NCBI GenBank assembly: GCA_051362555.1
Contig: CM120649.1
Span: 13,516,001 to 13,580,000 of the forward strand
DNA length: 64,000 nt
Reading direction: 5' to 3'
Source: Lingula anatina
Lineage: Eukaryota > Animalia > Brachiopoda
The notes under the pieces are model-generated. The model did not search any database, had not been told where the DNA came from, and saw only the letters and a list, made by a program, of their open reading frames with translations. Numbering within the stretch: the first letter of the stretch is position 1; each line of letters begins with the position of its first letter. Shown here piece after piece: positions 12,001-23,615 of this stretch. A program made the translations under genes and the position numbers.

Positions 12001-14545
12001 ATCCGAAAACTTGTCAGCATAGGTCACCTGACCCATTGCACTGATGACGTGGATTCCACTGTCTCAAGTCAGAAAACCTCGGAGATAAAACGATCGAAAG
12101 TCTCAGTGAAAATCTCACAAGAAAAAGCTTCTCTTTATGAAAGCATCATTCCCGATTCGATTAAAAAAATCGCGGATCCAAAGAAGACAAACAACAGTCA
12201 AGGTGAAATTTTTTAACAAATTCTTTTCTATTTAAATAAGTCCAACTTATGGCGTTTTCATTCAAACTGCTGACTATAATATGGAATATTTTGTGACGCG
12301 TTAAAAATCAGATATTGTTTTTTTTTTCGTTTGAACGCACTTTGAGGTCCAATCTCACCATTTTTCAGAAATCCGCCAGCGATTCCGATCGACGATCATC
12401 TGGGTAGCTAAGAAGCAGTGCATACTTGAGGTACTGGAGCAAGCTTTCCCCAATGCACTGAATATGGACCAACTACTTAGGTATGAGATATTGCTCAAAC
12501 TGTGTGTGTGTGTGTGGGGGGGGTCTCAGTTTATTTTGAAATGGTGTCAGATGCTTAATTTCTTCATCGACACGTTGCAATCTAATGAGAGAACGTCACA
12601 AGTGCCACATAAAAAAAAAAAAACTTAATGGAACGGTTTTTGTAAAATTAAAAAATTCAAATCATTCCAAGAACTAGTACTTCTAGTTCTCTCGATTATA
12701 AATGTTAAATCCTGAGGTAAATTCAATGCTACCTCCACTCTGCTATCGTATTATCTGTCTCCAGACGCTGTAACTCCATAGAGAAAGATAAGTTCATTGT
12801 TGTGATAATTCTGAAGGAACTAGAAAACAAAGGCCTTATCAAAACTGTCGCGGGAAAGTACATGCGTGTGCCAAAGGGCAAAGGTCATGGTGAGTTGGTT
12901 ATACATATATATGTATAATGAGATTTTTTTATCATTGATTGTGTACATTATTAAGGCTGGTTATAATTCTTAAATAGAAAAAAAGGGCAATTCCTGGGAA
13001 CCACAACTTCAGTGATATTTAAATCCGAACCCAGTTCAATATCTGTTTAATTTAAAGAACATACACTGAAAATAAGTTTAGGGAAAACAGTGCTCAATAT
13101 GTACTTCGACTTTTTCTTATTCCATTCCTATTTCGACAGTCGTCAAATTTGTAAAGCAGTTTCCAACACTGCCAAAAGAGGAGCAACCTACCATCGGCGT
13201 CGTAACTGCGCTCTATTGTGAAAAGTTGGCCGTGGACGCCATGTTGGGACAGAAGATTTCTTACGTCAAATACAAGGGAGAAGGAAACGAGGGTACATAT
13301 TTAGTCAAACAGTGTTAGACTCCAACTGTTACAGTTATGCCAAATGGAATTCATTGAATACCTTTTTGATCTTGGTAGATAGAATGGTAAAAATAACAAT
13401 ATGGTAATGTCTCCATGAAGCTAAGAATAAGGTCTTATTGGTATTGTCTTCGTGTAGGTGACAACCACGTCTACACCCTGGGGACCATAGGGCAGCACAA
13501 GGTGGTGGTGACTAAACTGGCACAAATCGGAACAGAGGGAGGAGCCGCCACCTCGGCACAGAATACCATTACAAGGCTGCTTGGTAAGTAGTTCCCCCTC
13601 CCTCTTCTGCACCTCTCCTTCTCTGTCTCTCCTTCTATCTCTCTCTTTCCCTCCCTCCCCTCTCCCTCTCTCTCTGTCTCTCTCATTCAGATCTAGACAG
13701 ATGATATCCCCAGTTCAAACAATACAGGGTATATATACAATGCGATTGAGAAAGCTTATCATATAATAAGGAGGCCCTTAGAAAATCTTTGAAAAGTGAC
13801 GTGGCAAAACCAACTATTGCATCAAGAGGGACGGATGGGGGAGGGGGGATAACTTAAACAGGTGAGAGAAACAAATCACTTGGGTATTTTCTTTTCCTGT
13901 TAAGGTACTTTCAGCTTGCTGAAACACGTATTCATTGTCGGAGTTTGTGGTGCCGTGCCAGGAACGACAACCGTGAGACTGGGTGACGTCATAGTGTCCA
14001 CTTCCGGTGAAGCCTACGTTTCGTGCGATCGCGCCGACAAGGACGAGACTACAGGGAAATACGTTCCTAGTACGAGGGTTTGGTCTCCAAAGGATAGCAC
14101 TCTCTCAAAACTCGCGCTTTCACTCAAAAAGGCCAAAGAGGAAGGAAACAAAAGCAAAAAATGGAGACGTAATCTTGAACAAGGTCAGAAGGCTGTGTCA
14201 CAAGGAGAAGTCAACTTCCTCAATTTTGGCAAACCTGGCACCGGCGACAAAAAGCCAAAGGTCCATTTTGGTGCGTTCGGAAGCGGGAAAGCGGTAATGG
14301 CAGACGACAACTTGCGTGTGGAACTCGCAAAATCCCGCAACATAGTAGGCTTCGATCATCATTTCAGCGCCGTATTTTCGTCCATGGAAGGCAGCCGACA
14401 TGATAGTTGGCTCATCATCCGGGGCGTTGCAGACAACGTTGACGGGTGGCAGCAATGTAGATGGCACTTCGGCGCAAAATGGCAGCCTTTTGCCTCACTG
14501 ACTGCGGCCGCGTACCTCAAAGGATTAATCATGGCTCTAAAGTAG
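9040..14545 (+). CDS. About 597-aa protein: N-terminal region, winged helix-turn-helix, C-terminal PNP_UDP_1 (nucleoside phosphorylase / MTA-SAH nucleosidase fold) domain. Exons 9040-9055, 10593-10751, 11001-11083, 11497-11602, 11930-12202, 12369-12480, 12765-12889, 13140-13292, 13458-13583, 13905-14545
   Basis: Ten GT-AG exons sum to 1794 nt in frame. Motifs: PTIGVVTALYCEKLAV, VYTLGTIGQHKVVVTKL, VFIVGVCGAVP..VRLGDVIVS, VHFGAFGSG, IIRGVAD, WQPFASLTAAAY. wHTH-like segment ILEVLEQAFPNALNMDQLL...ILKELENKGLIK. The exon 5 acceptor could instead be at 11948 (same frame). Confidence 0.85.
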
Positions 14546-15726
14546 CAAACAAGGCAAAGTCCCGTGTTTACAGGATTGTACTGCCAGCCCCAAGATAACA
14601 ATGCTTTGTAGGATTATGTAATCATTAACGAAATTTAGCAAGGCTTTAACTAAACAAATGTTATTAAAACCTAGGACCTATTAAAAAGAACTGCTGAACT
14701 GTCTGGACAAGGATTCGCTCGGCAAATACGATTCAGTGGACGAGAACAGCTTTACTATAATATGTGGGGCATAGTAATGGAACATGGCTTGGTCATGTCA
14801 AGTTGAGCCTTTATTACGGGGGGGGGGGGGGGGGGGGGTATGGGAAGGGTGTGTCTTAAAAGCTTTGGGAGAGATGGAAGTGGCCACTTTGATCTCCTCT
14901 ACATGTAGATCCATCATTGTATTCGCCAGTGTCTGCTTATACATGTACTCAGACACCACAGAGCTGAGAGATTTAATAGTTTAATGAATGAATTCTTTTT
15001 TAATTAAAAATGTCACAATGTGCTTTAGCTACTTTTAGTGTATGCAATACCCAACTTCTAGTTGCAAGAATAAATATTATCATTATACCACCTCAGAATA
15101 TCACACACTAAAAAGTTCCTGAATGATGATGTCCTATATGAACACAGTAAACGTCCTCTTATTAGCGTCTCTTGCCAAGCGCGAACAAGTTAAATACTTG
15201 GCAAGGCTTGCTTGCTGCAAAATGACGAAAAGCAGGAAAGAAGCAAATTGGATCTAGAACCCGTTTCGGTAAGCGAAAGACCTAAAGCAAAATAAATAAG
15301 TACAAAGCTAAAAAAAAACTATTACCTCTAGCATACGAATTAGTCTGGAATTATATTGTTTCGATAGTCTTACTCAGTGATCTTTGATGGTATTACAAAG
15401 AATGGACATACCTCTCAGGCGATTAAAATCAAACCATTAGCAGCTAATGGTCTTATATAGGCCCTATAATGGTCTTGGATATATATTGAAAATTATTAAA
15501 ATAAAAGAATTATCCCGGCTAATGTTTGCTGCGCCATAATATTTCACTTATGCGCAAGTCTAAAATGTGAAATGTTGACAAATATTTTCCATTGTCCTTG
15601 CGAAGATGCTCGCCGTTTTTTAATCCATCGCGTTATTTTAAAACACCATTGGTAAAGTATTGCACTTGTAGATATTAATCTAGGACGGCGTATGCGAACG
15701 AAGTGTGAGATGAACCATGAATAATG

Positions 15727-18700
15727 TCAACAACTTCTTGCGGGCCATCGGCCTGCTCCTTGGTAGTGTTTCAGGAAGGATCTAATGTTTCTCCTCATGC
15801 GCTTCATTTGCAGCACCAGCGTGGGTACATCGAGGGCCACTATTCCAATGATAATCCCCAGCATGATTAGCATTCCAAAGCTGCCCACCGCCACCGCTCC
15901 TGGCGCCTCTAGCGGCTCAAAATCGTGTTTTCTCCGCCGTTTAAGTCCCATTATATACTCTGTTGAAAAGTTGAATATGAAATAGAATATGAAATAAGAA
16001 ACAAACATATAATACTGTTTCATCAATAGCCTCTTCGTGGAAAAGTGTCACATGCTAAGAGTAAATTATTCTTGTCGACATATAAAGTGAGGCACATTTT
16101 CAGACATTAATAGCACGCCCCAAACATTTACCTGCACATCCAGGAATAACTGGCCACCAATACCCATCAGGGGTACAAACTGTTCTACGTGTGTGAGAAC
16201 CATCCGGAAACGTGAGGTTATTGACGCATGCGTAACGGACAGTTGCTCCCACTGTGAAGTTGATTCTGTCCACCACTGCGTTTGTAACATTTAGCATGTT
16301 TGAGCAATCTTCTATGACTGAAAGGCATATGAGGTATGGTGGTCACGGCAGGAGGGATATCAGATTTATCTTTTGTTTAAAATAATTATTTACCATTATA
16401 CTAGGATGACGGTCCCATTGGGGGGGGGGGGAGTGATCACAGTTAACGGGAAGCAAAATCATCAATTCTCAAATCACAGGTAATAAAAATTCATTAATAT
16501 CTCACTGATAATGCACATCAAAAATCCTGAAAATCACAAATCACCGGGTATTATGACTTATTTTGACGTAGGGCGGAGAGTTAAAAGTCGCATTCACTAG
16601 TCGCGTGAATGGGAGGCTTTATGACTCACGCTTAACAAAATGAACGTTTCACGCATCTCAGGAATTAAAAAAGTGGCTTTCACGGGTAACGAAATACCCA
16701 ATGGAACCCTTCATTAGTATGCTAGCAAATGATCTGGTGAACGTTTGATTAATCTATAGGTAGGCCTACTATTTTTACCTTCACAATGAGGCAGTTGTTC
16801 CGTCCACGATCCATTTTCTGTGCATGATATTTCCTTAGCACGTGTTCTATCCGGAAACATGTAGTATCTGTTACAAGAGAACTCTACCAAAGTTCCAGGA
16901 TAGATGGTGGCATTGACGTTCACATTTGGTCGCGCGTTATTAACTTGCTGGATTTGTTCACATTGCACTGAAATAATATGCGGAGTATCTTTCATGCATT
17001 CTTGAAACACGCAAAAGTACAATTAAATAATGCCGTTATGATTACACTTGCAAAAATAAAAAAAAGATAAATGTAAAAGAAATAAAAAATAGATAAAGAA
17101 ATAAATGATAATAAGGCTTATCCAAAGAAACCCTATAATAGTGATAACTTATAATTTATTTGGCATCTGTTACTATTTTACAATCAAAGCATAGCCTATA
17201 TTGTGACAACATCGAAAGGTTCCTAAAGTTCTCATGAGGCCTCCCAATCCCTCAGTTTAACCATTTTTTATCCATTACATCGAGCTATCAGATATAAAGC
17301 ATTTTCGTTTTACATCGCTCTACCAGTCGGTACATGAAAAGAGAAGCGATTAAAGCCAGTACAACTTACCATCAAGTGTCGTTGTTTCAGGGATTCCAGT
17401 TGATGTTCTCTCCAAGTGTTCAGTTGTTGGCATAGGTCTGTTTGTAGTCGACAATGGCGTTGTTCCGGTGCGGGCTGTTTCTGCTGTCATCATTCCCGAT
17501 GTATACACCTCAGCGGTGACTAGCGCTGTAGGAACTACCGGTGTGACAGATGTAAATGCTACTGTTGTCGAAGAAGCCGTAATCGAACTTTGTGTCTCGG
17601 TACGAATCGGAAGTGAGACTGTCATCGGATTTGATGACGTCACACCTACGATATTAGGCCCATTTGATAGGTTTCGCATGACAAGATTAGTATTTGGTGA
17701 AGTCCCGGCTGTTGAAGTGCCAGAGCCGCTCACAGAGGGTACAGGTACACAGGTAGAAATCTGGTCTAAATTCCAGGTTCCGTTACTCAGGCATTTTAAT
17801 ATGCTCGTGTTGAGGCCCCCTGGGAACTCGTATCCCGTGTTGCACACATACTTTACCACATCACCATACTTGTACACCCTTTCGCTGGCAGCAGGTGGTT
17901 GGTCTGCAGCTAACGGTACAAACTGCGCTGGTGGCGATAACGGGCCCTGTGGCGCAGTAGACGACTGATGTGGCTCTGTTGATGATGGACCTATAGTCAA
18001 CGTTGTCTCTGTGATGTGATCCGTTATTTGCATACAAGGAACCGCAGTAGTATTTGATAACAGCGGAGCTGTTGTTGAATTAGTTGAAGATATACATGTA
18101 GCATCCGTTGATGTCGGTCCTATTGCCGTCGTTGTCGTGTTGAGATGATTCGTTATTTGCAACTGGGGTACAGAACTATGTATTGACATCGCATGTGTTG
18201 TTGATATAGTTGGAGATGAAGGAACCGCTATAGGTGGTCCAACTGCGGTCGTTGAGACATGATCCGTTATTGGCAAATAAGGGGGCCAACTTATGCTTAT
18301 TAAATTTGGGTGTGTTGCTGAACTGGTTCGAGTTGAAGAAACTGTTGAAGGCGGTCTTCTTCCCACTGTCGTGTCGTGGCGATCCGTTATGATCCTCGTA
18401 TGGGAAAACCCACCAGTATATGTTGTGGCAGGGGGTCCATGGTAGGGCGTTGCCTCCACTGTTGCCGTGGAACTGACTGATTCATTTCTAGGTGATCCAG
18501 CAAGACGACCAAAACTGATTGGCGGTGGAGGTGGACAAATGGCAACACACCGGTTGTTACTCGGTCCCAACTGGTCACTCCACTCACCGTTGTCCAAACA
18601 CTGAGCCACAGTTTCTCTGAGGCCGGAGTGGTGAAACACCATGTCTTCAGAGCAATCATATACCACATGGTCTCCCGGAAAATACAGTCCCTCATAAAGA

Positions 18701-21700
18701 GACTCAATGGTCATATCGGTGTTGTTCAAAACAGGCGGCTCCTGGCAGAGTGACGTGCAATGCCGAGGCAGATCTGTGTCATTCCACGTGCGGTCACCAT
18801 TACAATATATAACCTCACTTTCGGACCCAAGGTGACGGAAGCTTTTGCCAGCTTCGCATGTGTACATCACAGTATCTCCAGGAAAGTAAATTAGCTCTGA
18901 AGTAGAGGCAACAACTGGCTCGTATGAACCATCTATATATTTTAAAGCCAATGAGGCCCCGGTTATTGCCAAAGGGCGCGGACAAACAGACATGCATTGG
19001 CTATGTGGTGAGGAATCCCAAACTCCTTCTTCCAGACAATCCATATTAAAATACCTTTCGCGGGATACAGGAAAAGCTGTGCCAGTTTCACATAGATATG
19101 TAACGAAATCCCCAGGTAGAAAGGTCAAACGAGCCGCAATACTAGTGTTTGTCTCAATCCATGTTCCATTTATGTTTACGTAATTTTCGCCCGTGGAAGA
19201 AAATTGTATGTAGGCATTTGTTACTACAGGAGGATCGGGGCACGTGGCTACACAGTCCGAGAATACATCTCCAGATATCATCTCGTCTGAGGTGCCGACC
19301 CACAAACCTAAATCGTTACACGTGAATAGCACTCTGGGTCTCCTACTTGAGGGAAACGCTGTTCCGTTAAAGCATCTTCTCCCTATGACATCCCATGGAT
19401 ACCACACCGTGCCGTTCCCGCTGATCCTCTCGAAATCGTCTGATGTGATGGATGTGTCATTCAAGAATGTGGAGTAGTTTCCTGTGACATAGAAAAGGGA
19501 CACCGCCTGTCCCGCGTCTTCCGGTAGAAAGCAGGACGGTGCTTCACAAATCCCTGGGAGGCTGGAGGCGTTCCACGTACCGTCATCCTGACACGAGATC
19601 TCTATCTCCGAGCTTAATTCTCCCTGTAGAAGTAATCCTGGCCAGCATGAGTAATGTACTATGTTTCCCGCCATGAACACGTGCTCGGTTCCGTTTAAAA
19701 GTGTGTCGGTTTCGTTCAGTAGTGTGCTGTCTTCATTTACAAGAATATCGGTTTTGTTTTCTGATATGACGACAATATTAGCGGCGTATATAAGCGGTGG
19801 GGGCGGGCAGGACGCCACGCACAATGGAGACACTGCAGGGACGGACCATTGCCCACTAGGTGAGCATTCCAAGGTACGGTTTACTTCATTTGGTGCGTCA
19901 GACCACACGTACCCACTGACACAAGAGTAAATGACCGTTGAGTTGACCATAAATATGTGTCCGACGTCCTCCGGCTCCGGTGTCCGCAGCGTTAGGTTCA
20001 CAAATGGCGGGTCAGGACAGAGCACTGTTCCATAAATAAAAGATAGATTATGTAGAATAATATGATAATATTATTAATTGCATCTACACCTTCAACAATC
20101 ATTCAATCGTAAAATGCATAATGGAATTTAATTCGTTCTTTGTTTTAAAATCAGAGCTAACCTGCGATATTCTTAACACATTTTATTACACTCACAACAA
20201 TGATTTATCAATTTGAATCACCGGTACTGACCACAACTAAGCGACTTCTGCCCGAAGAGCTTTACTTCACTCAGACCATTTATACAGGACATCTTACCTG
20301 GGCAACTGCACGCTAACTGGTCTACGGGTGGACCCACCCAAGTTCCATTGCTGCAGGTTCTCACTCTCTCCGTGTACCCGCCTTGCATGCTGCACGTGGG
20401 GTCGCACGCGTACATCAGCTGGGTCCCGTTGGGATAACATCTAGTGTACCCAGTAGGGCGGATGGCATGAACGCTGGTATTAGCAGCTGGAGGGCCGGGT
20501 TCATTACAGGGAGGACCTGAAAGGTGATGAAACCGAAAACGCGTATTCTTTTTTGTCTTAAATGATTGTTATGTCCATTTTGCTGTGTGCTATCTCCAAT
20601 GTAAAAATGGTACATATTAAGTTAAGTCGAGGGGTATAACACAAAAGGGGCCTGGCATTAGTACAACGCCACTATTTATATAAATGGTGGTCTTGGTCTG
20701 TGTATATTATGTGCATCTGGTCATTGCAAATCCAGCTTTTAGATGAAACACTGGCGGACTTAGACTCGGATATTTTTTTTTCATATAAAGAAAGCAGTAT
20801 TTACCACGTCGCCTGCAAAGTGCTGGTGTCCCGCCACCCTCGCAAGTGCTTGTCTGCCAGTCAGAACCACGTATATACGAGCAGTCCTTCTGAAGATCCG
20901 GCACCACAAAGGATGAAGCAGTGAAATCCAAGGGCGTTCCGTCGCCCCAGACGTTCCGCTGGTACAGGGACAGGTTAAGTCCAATCCAGTATTTGGTGTT
21001 AGATCTGAAATATATATATGCAGACTAAGTGGGCTTATGAATCGTAATTTGCTTAACAGTTTGGATGAAGATATAGCGTTTGAAGCAAAGTTTTTATAAT
21101 TTTCAGAAACAATTCTTATTTTGCTATATTAAGGTCTTGCGCGCCTTGTACTTTTCTATGTCTTCAATAGTTATATGCATTAACCACACATGCGGTACTT
21201 TTCTAAATAAGGTTACCGTGGTTATTAAAATCACATTCAGAAATCTGCCACAGCAACGTACTGAAGTATCGTTTTCAGATAGTTTTGCTCCCCTTGGCTG
21301 TGAATGCTTGCCAGCAGTGCGCAATCGTCGAGGCACGCTTCAATACCCATTATATAACTGCTGACGGCCGGCGTCAAGACATAACAGCTGTTATTATAGC
21401 AATTGTCAAAGACAAGAGCATTCACTGCTGAAATGAAAAGTTGGAATTGATTTCTTTCGGTTTGTTAAATTATTTGGCTTATTTTTTGTTATAATGTTTG
21501 TTACTTCTCTTCTCTGTGTCGTTCATTTTTGCATCTCTCTCAATAAAAGTGTACGATATCTAATAATTAAGTTTCTCGGATTAAAGTTGTTGGTTACCAA
21601 GTGTACCCAAATAGCTCTTTGTACTAAGACAGATGATACCAAAATGCTGTAATTATCTTCTAAATCGGCTGTTAACGAAATCAATTTGGTTGTGCATTCG

Positions 21701-23615
21701 TTTTTAGTTTTCTTTAATAAAGTGGGAAGAAAAGTATGCATTTTCTCCCAAGAGAAAAAGAAACCCAATGCATTGACGGCTGCCCAACAAAGCACATGGT
21801 TTAGCAACCCCAATAAAAATATGCCGTAATAGTATTATGTTTGGCATCTTTATTATACGATGTTTCTGCCAACTCACCATATTGATAGGAAAATAGTCCC
21901 AGTCCAAATGTACAAATCATTGCCTCATGGACAAAATATAAAGTAAACTAACCCTAAAGTAACTACTTTAGACCATTTGGGGTTTATAACACCTCCAATA
22001 TTTCACACTCGCAGTAGCATGTTCATTTCTATGCGCATTTTTTTGGTCAAATTTTATGTACTGTGTGATATGTGATAAATCTTAAAATAGACCGATGACG
22101 TTATTGCCACACATATTATTGATCAATGATGTTACATATCAGACGTCGACAATATCGGAATACAGTAATGTTACATGTACAGGTTTTTATGTTATCTTGA
22201 AAGACATTGAGTCTCAGGTATTAAGTTACATAAAATAAAACTACTGACTTCCACTTTCGGTCAATATGTTATTTTGAATGCCTAAAAAAGTGAATTCAAT
22301 ATCTGTATAATATTTGTTATGAGTGCCCCATTTTTGGACGTTTCCGTCAGCCATCGATTGCACAGCTGTTTGTCAATGATAAATAATAAAAGCACAACAC
22401 CGCTCCAACTGATTCTAAATTTATATTAATATCGATCCTCGTTTTAAAGTTTAGGAAAACTATGAAACAGTTATTCTTTTCTAGCATCAACACTTGTGAA
22501 TGATGGTCTTACTATAAGGATCCACCTAAGGAATGACTACAATGCAATTTGGTTATCTCTTCTCTATTTTTATTTTCATTTAGATCTCGCACTTTTAGAG
22601 TTTTACTTTTAAATTTCCTAATAAGACCCTCCGCAGAGGGTTCCTTCGAAAACTTCCACGCATGTTTTACACCAGAAAATATTACAAACTGTCAGAAGTA
22701 ATCGACTGAAAATGCATTGCATTGTGATTATATCCAAAAATATTCAGCAGCTTCGTATGTGCATCGTGCTATTAAACTGATTAACAACAAACAGAGACTA
22801 TATGCTGTTTTCATTTCACTTCAGACATCAACATTATAATAATATAATTTGTACATTTATAATAATAATACTGATAATAATAATAGGACATTTGTTGATA
22901 CCCTAGATGCCTGACGGCATAAAAGGAGATAATAATAATAATAAAAATAATAATAATTCTTATATTTTGATATGATACTATACAAAAAATACACAGGAGA
23001 TACTGATTTCTGCCACAAGATCGTAAAAGAAAACAACTAGTTAAATGTTTAATTCAGATTATCATATATACAATATATACAATGAATCAATAATATACAT
23101 TGAAATTATTATTGAAAAACTTGCCATCGATGAAAGAATATCACTCCTTATAGATTTAAAAATCGCGTAAAACCTGAACATTTTAAAGGATTTTACTGAA
23201 TACACTGTATGTTCAGAGGTGGGGTTTTATTGCAAGTAAACTGGAAAAAATATGCATTCCCCTACAGTGCGTCTTTTCTATAAACATTTTAGGGTTACCC
23301 TATATGGAACATTTGCATTTTACAACGCCACGTAAATCAAGAGCAATGTAATGAAAATTGACAATAAAGGAGATCATTATGAGATAATAAATCACAAGTG
23401 ATACGCTAAACGTTTGCTTTTTAGCATTCAATACCACTTTTCATTCTACCGAACAACAATGTAATTACTTTATTAAAAAATGTACGATGATATCTTACTT
23501 TTTTCCATTTAAATATACATATATTATAAGAAACTATGTAATAAAATAACGTACCGGTTTTCCATGACAGGATCAGGGAGGAAAATAAGGTCACCCAAGT
23601 TGCAAAGTTCCCCAT
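15727..23615 (-). CDS. About 1300-aa type I membrane protein: signal peptide, C-type lectin-like domain, about 10 Sushi/CCP domains, Ser/Thr-rich mucin regions, TM helix, short basic tail. Exons 23555-23615, 21262-21427, 20805-21004, 20298-20516, 17370-20024, 16779-16967, 16132-16317, 15727-15959
   Basis: Signal peptide MGNFATWVTLFSSLILSWKT. CTLD: SCY...C...LASIHSQGEQNYL...KYWIGLN...WGDGT...DC...WQTSTC...ALC. Repeated CPxPP...V.YxC..G...C...G.W...C units. TM GSFGMLIMLGIIIGIVALD. Phases are consistent (3909 nt); the first exon assignment is less certain. Confidence 0.85.
16406..16713. mobile_element. MITE-like element in an intron of the lectin-Sushi gene
   Basis: Imperfect inverted ends (GACGGTCCCATTG versus CAATGGAACCCTTC); a second, shorter family member lies at 1614-1753. 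Confidence 0.5.

Noticed and set aside
12369-12889. Z-alpha (Z-DNA/Z-RNA binding) assignment for the winged helix
   Set aside because: The Asn/Tyr of helix 3 and the wing Pro-Pro-x-Trp signature are absent, so only a generic wHTH is supported.
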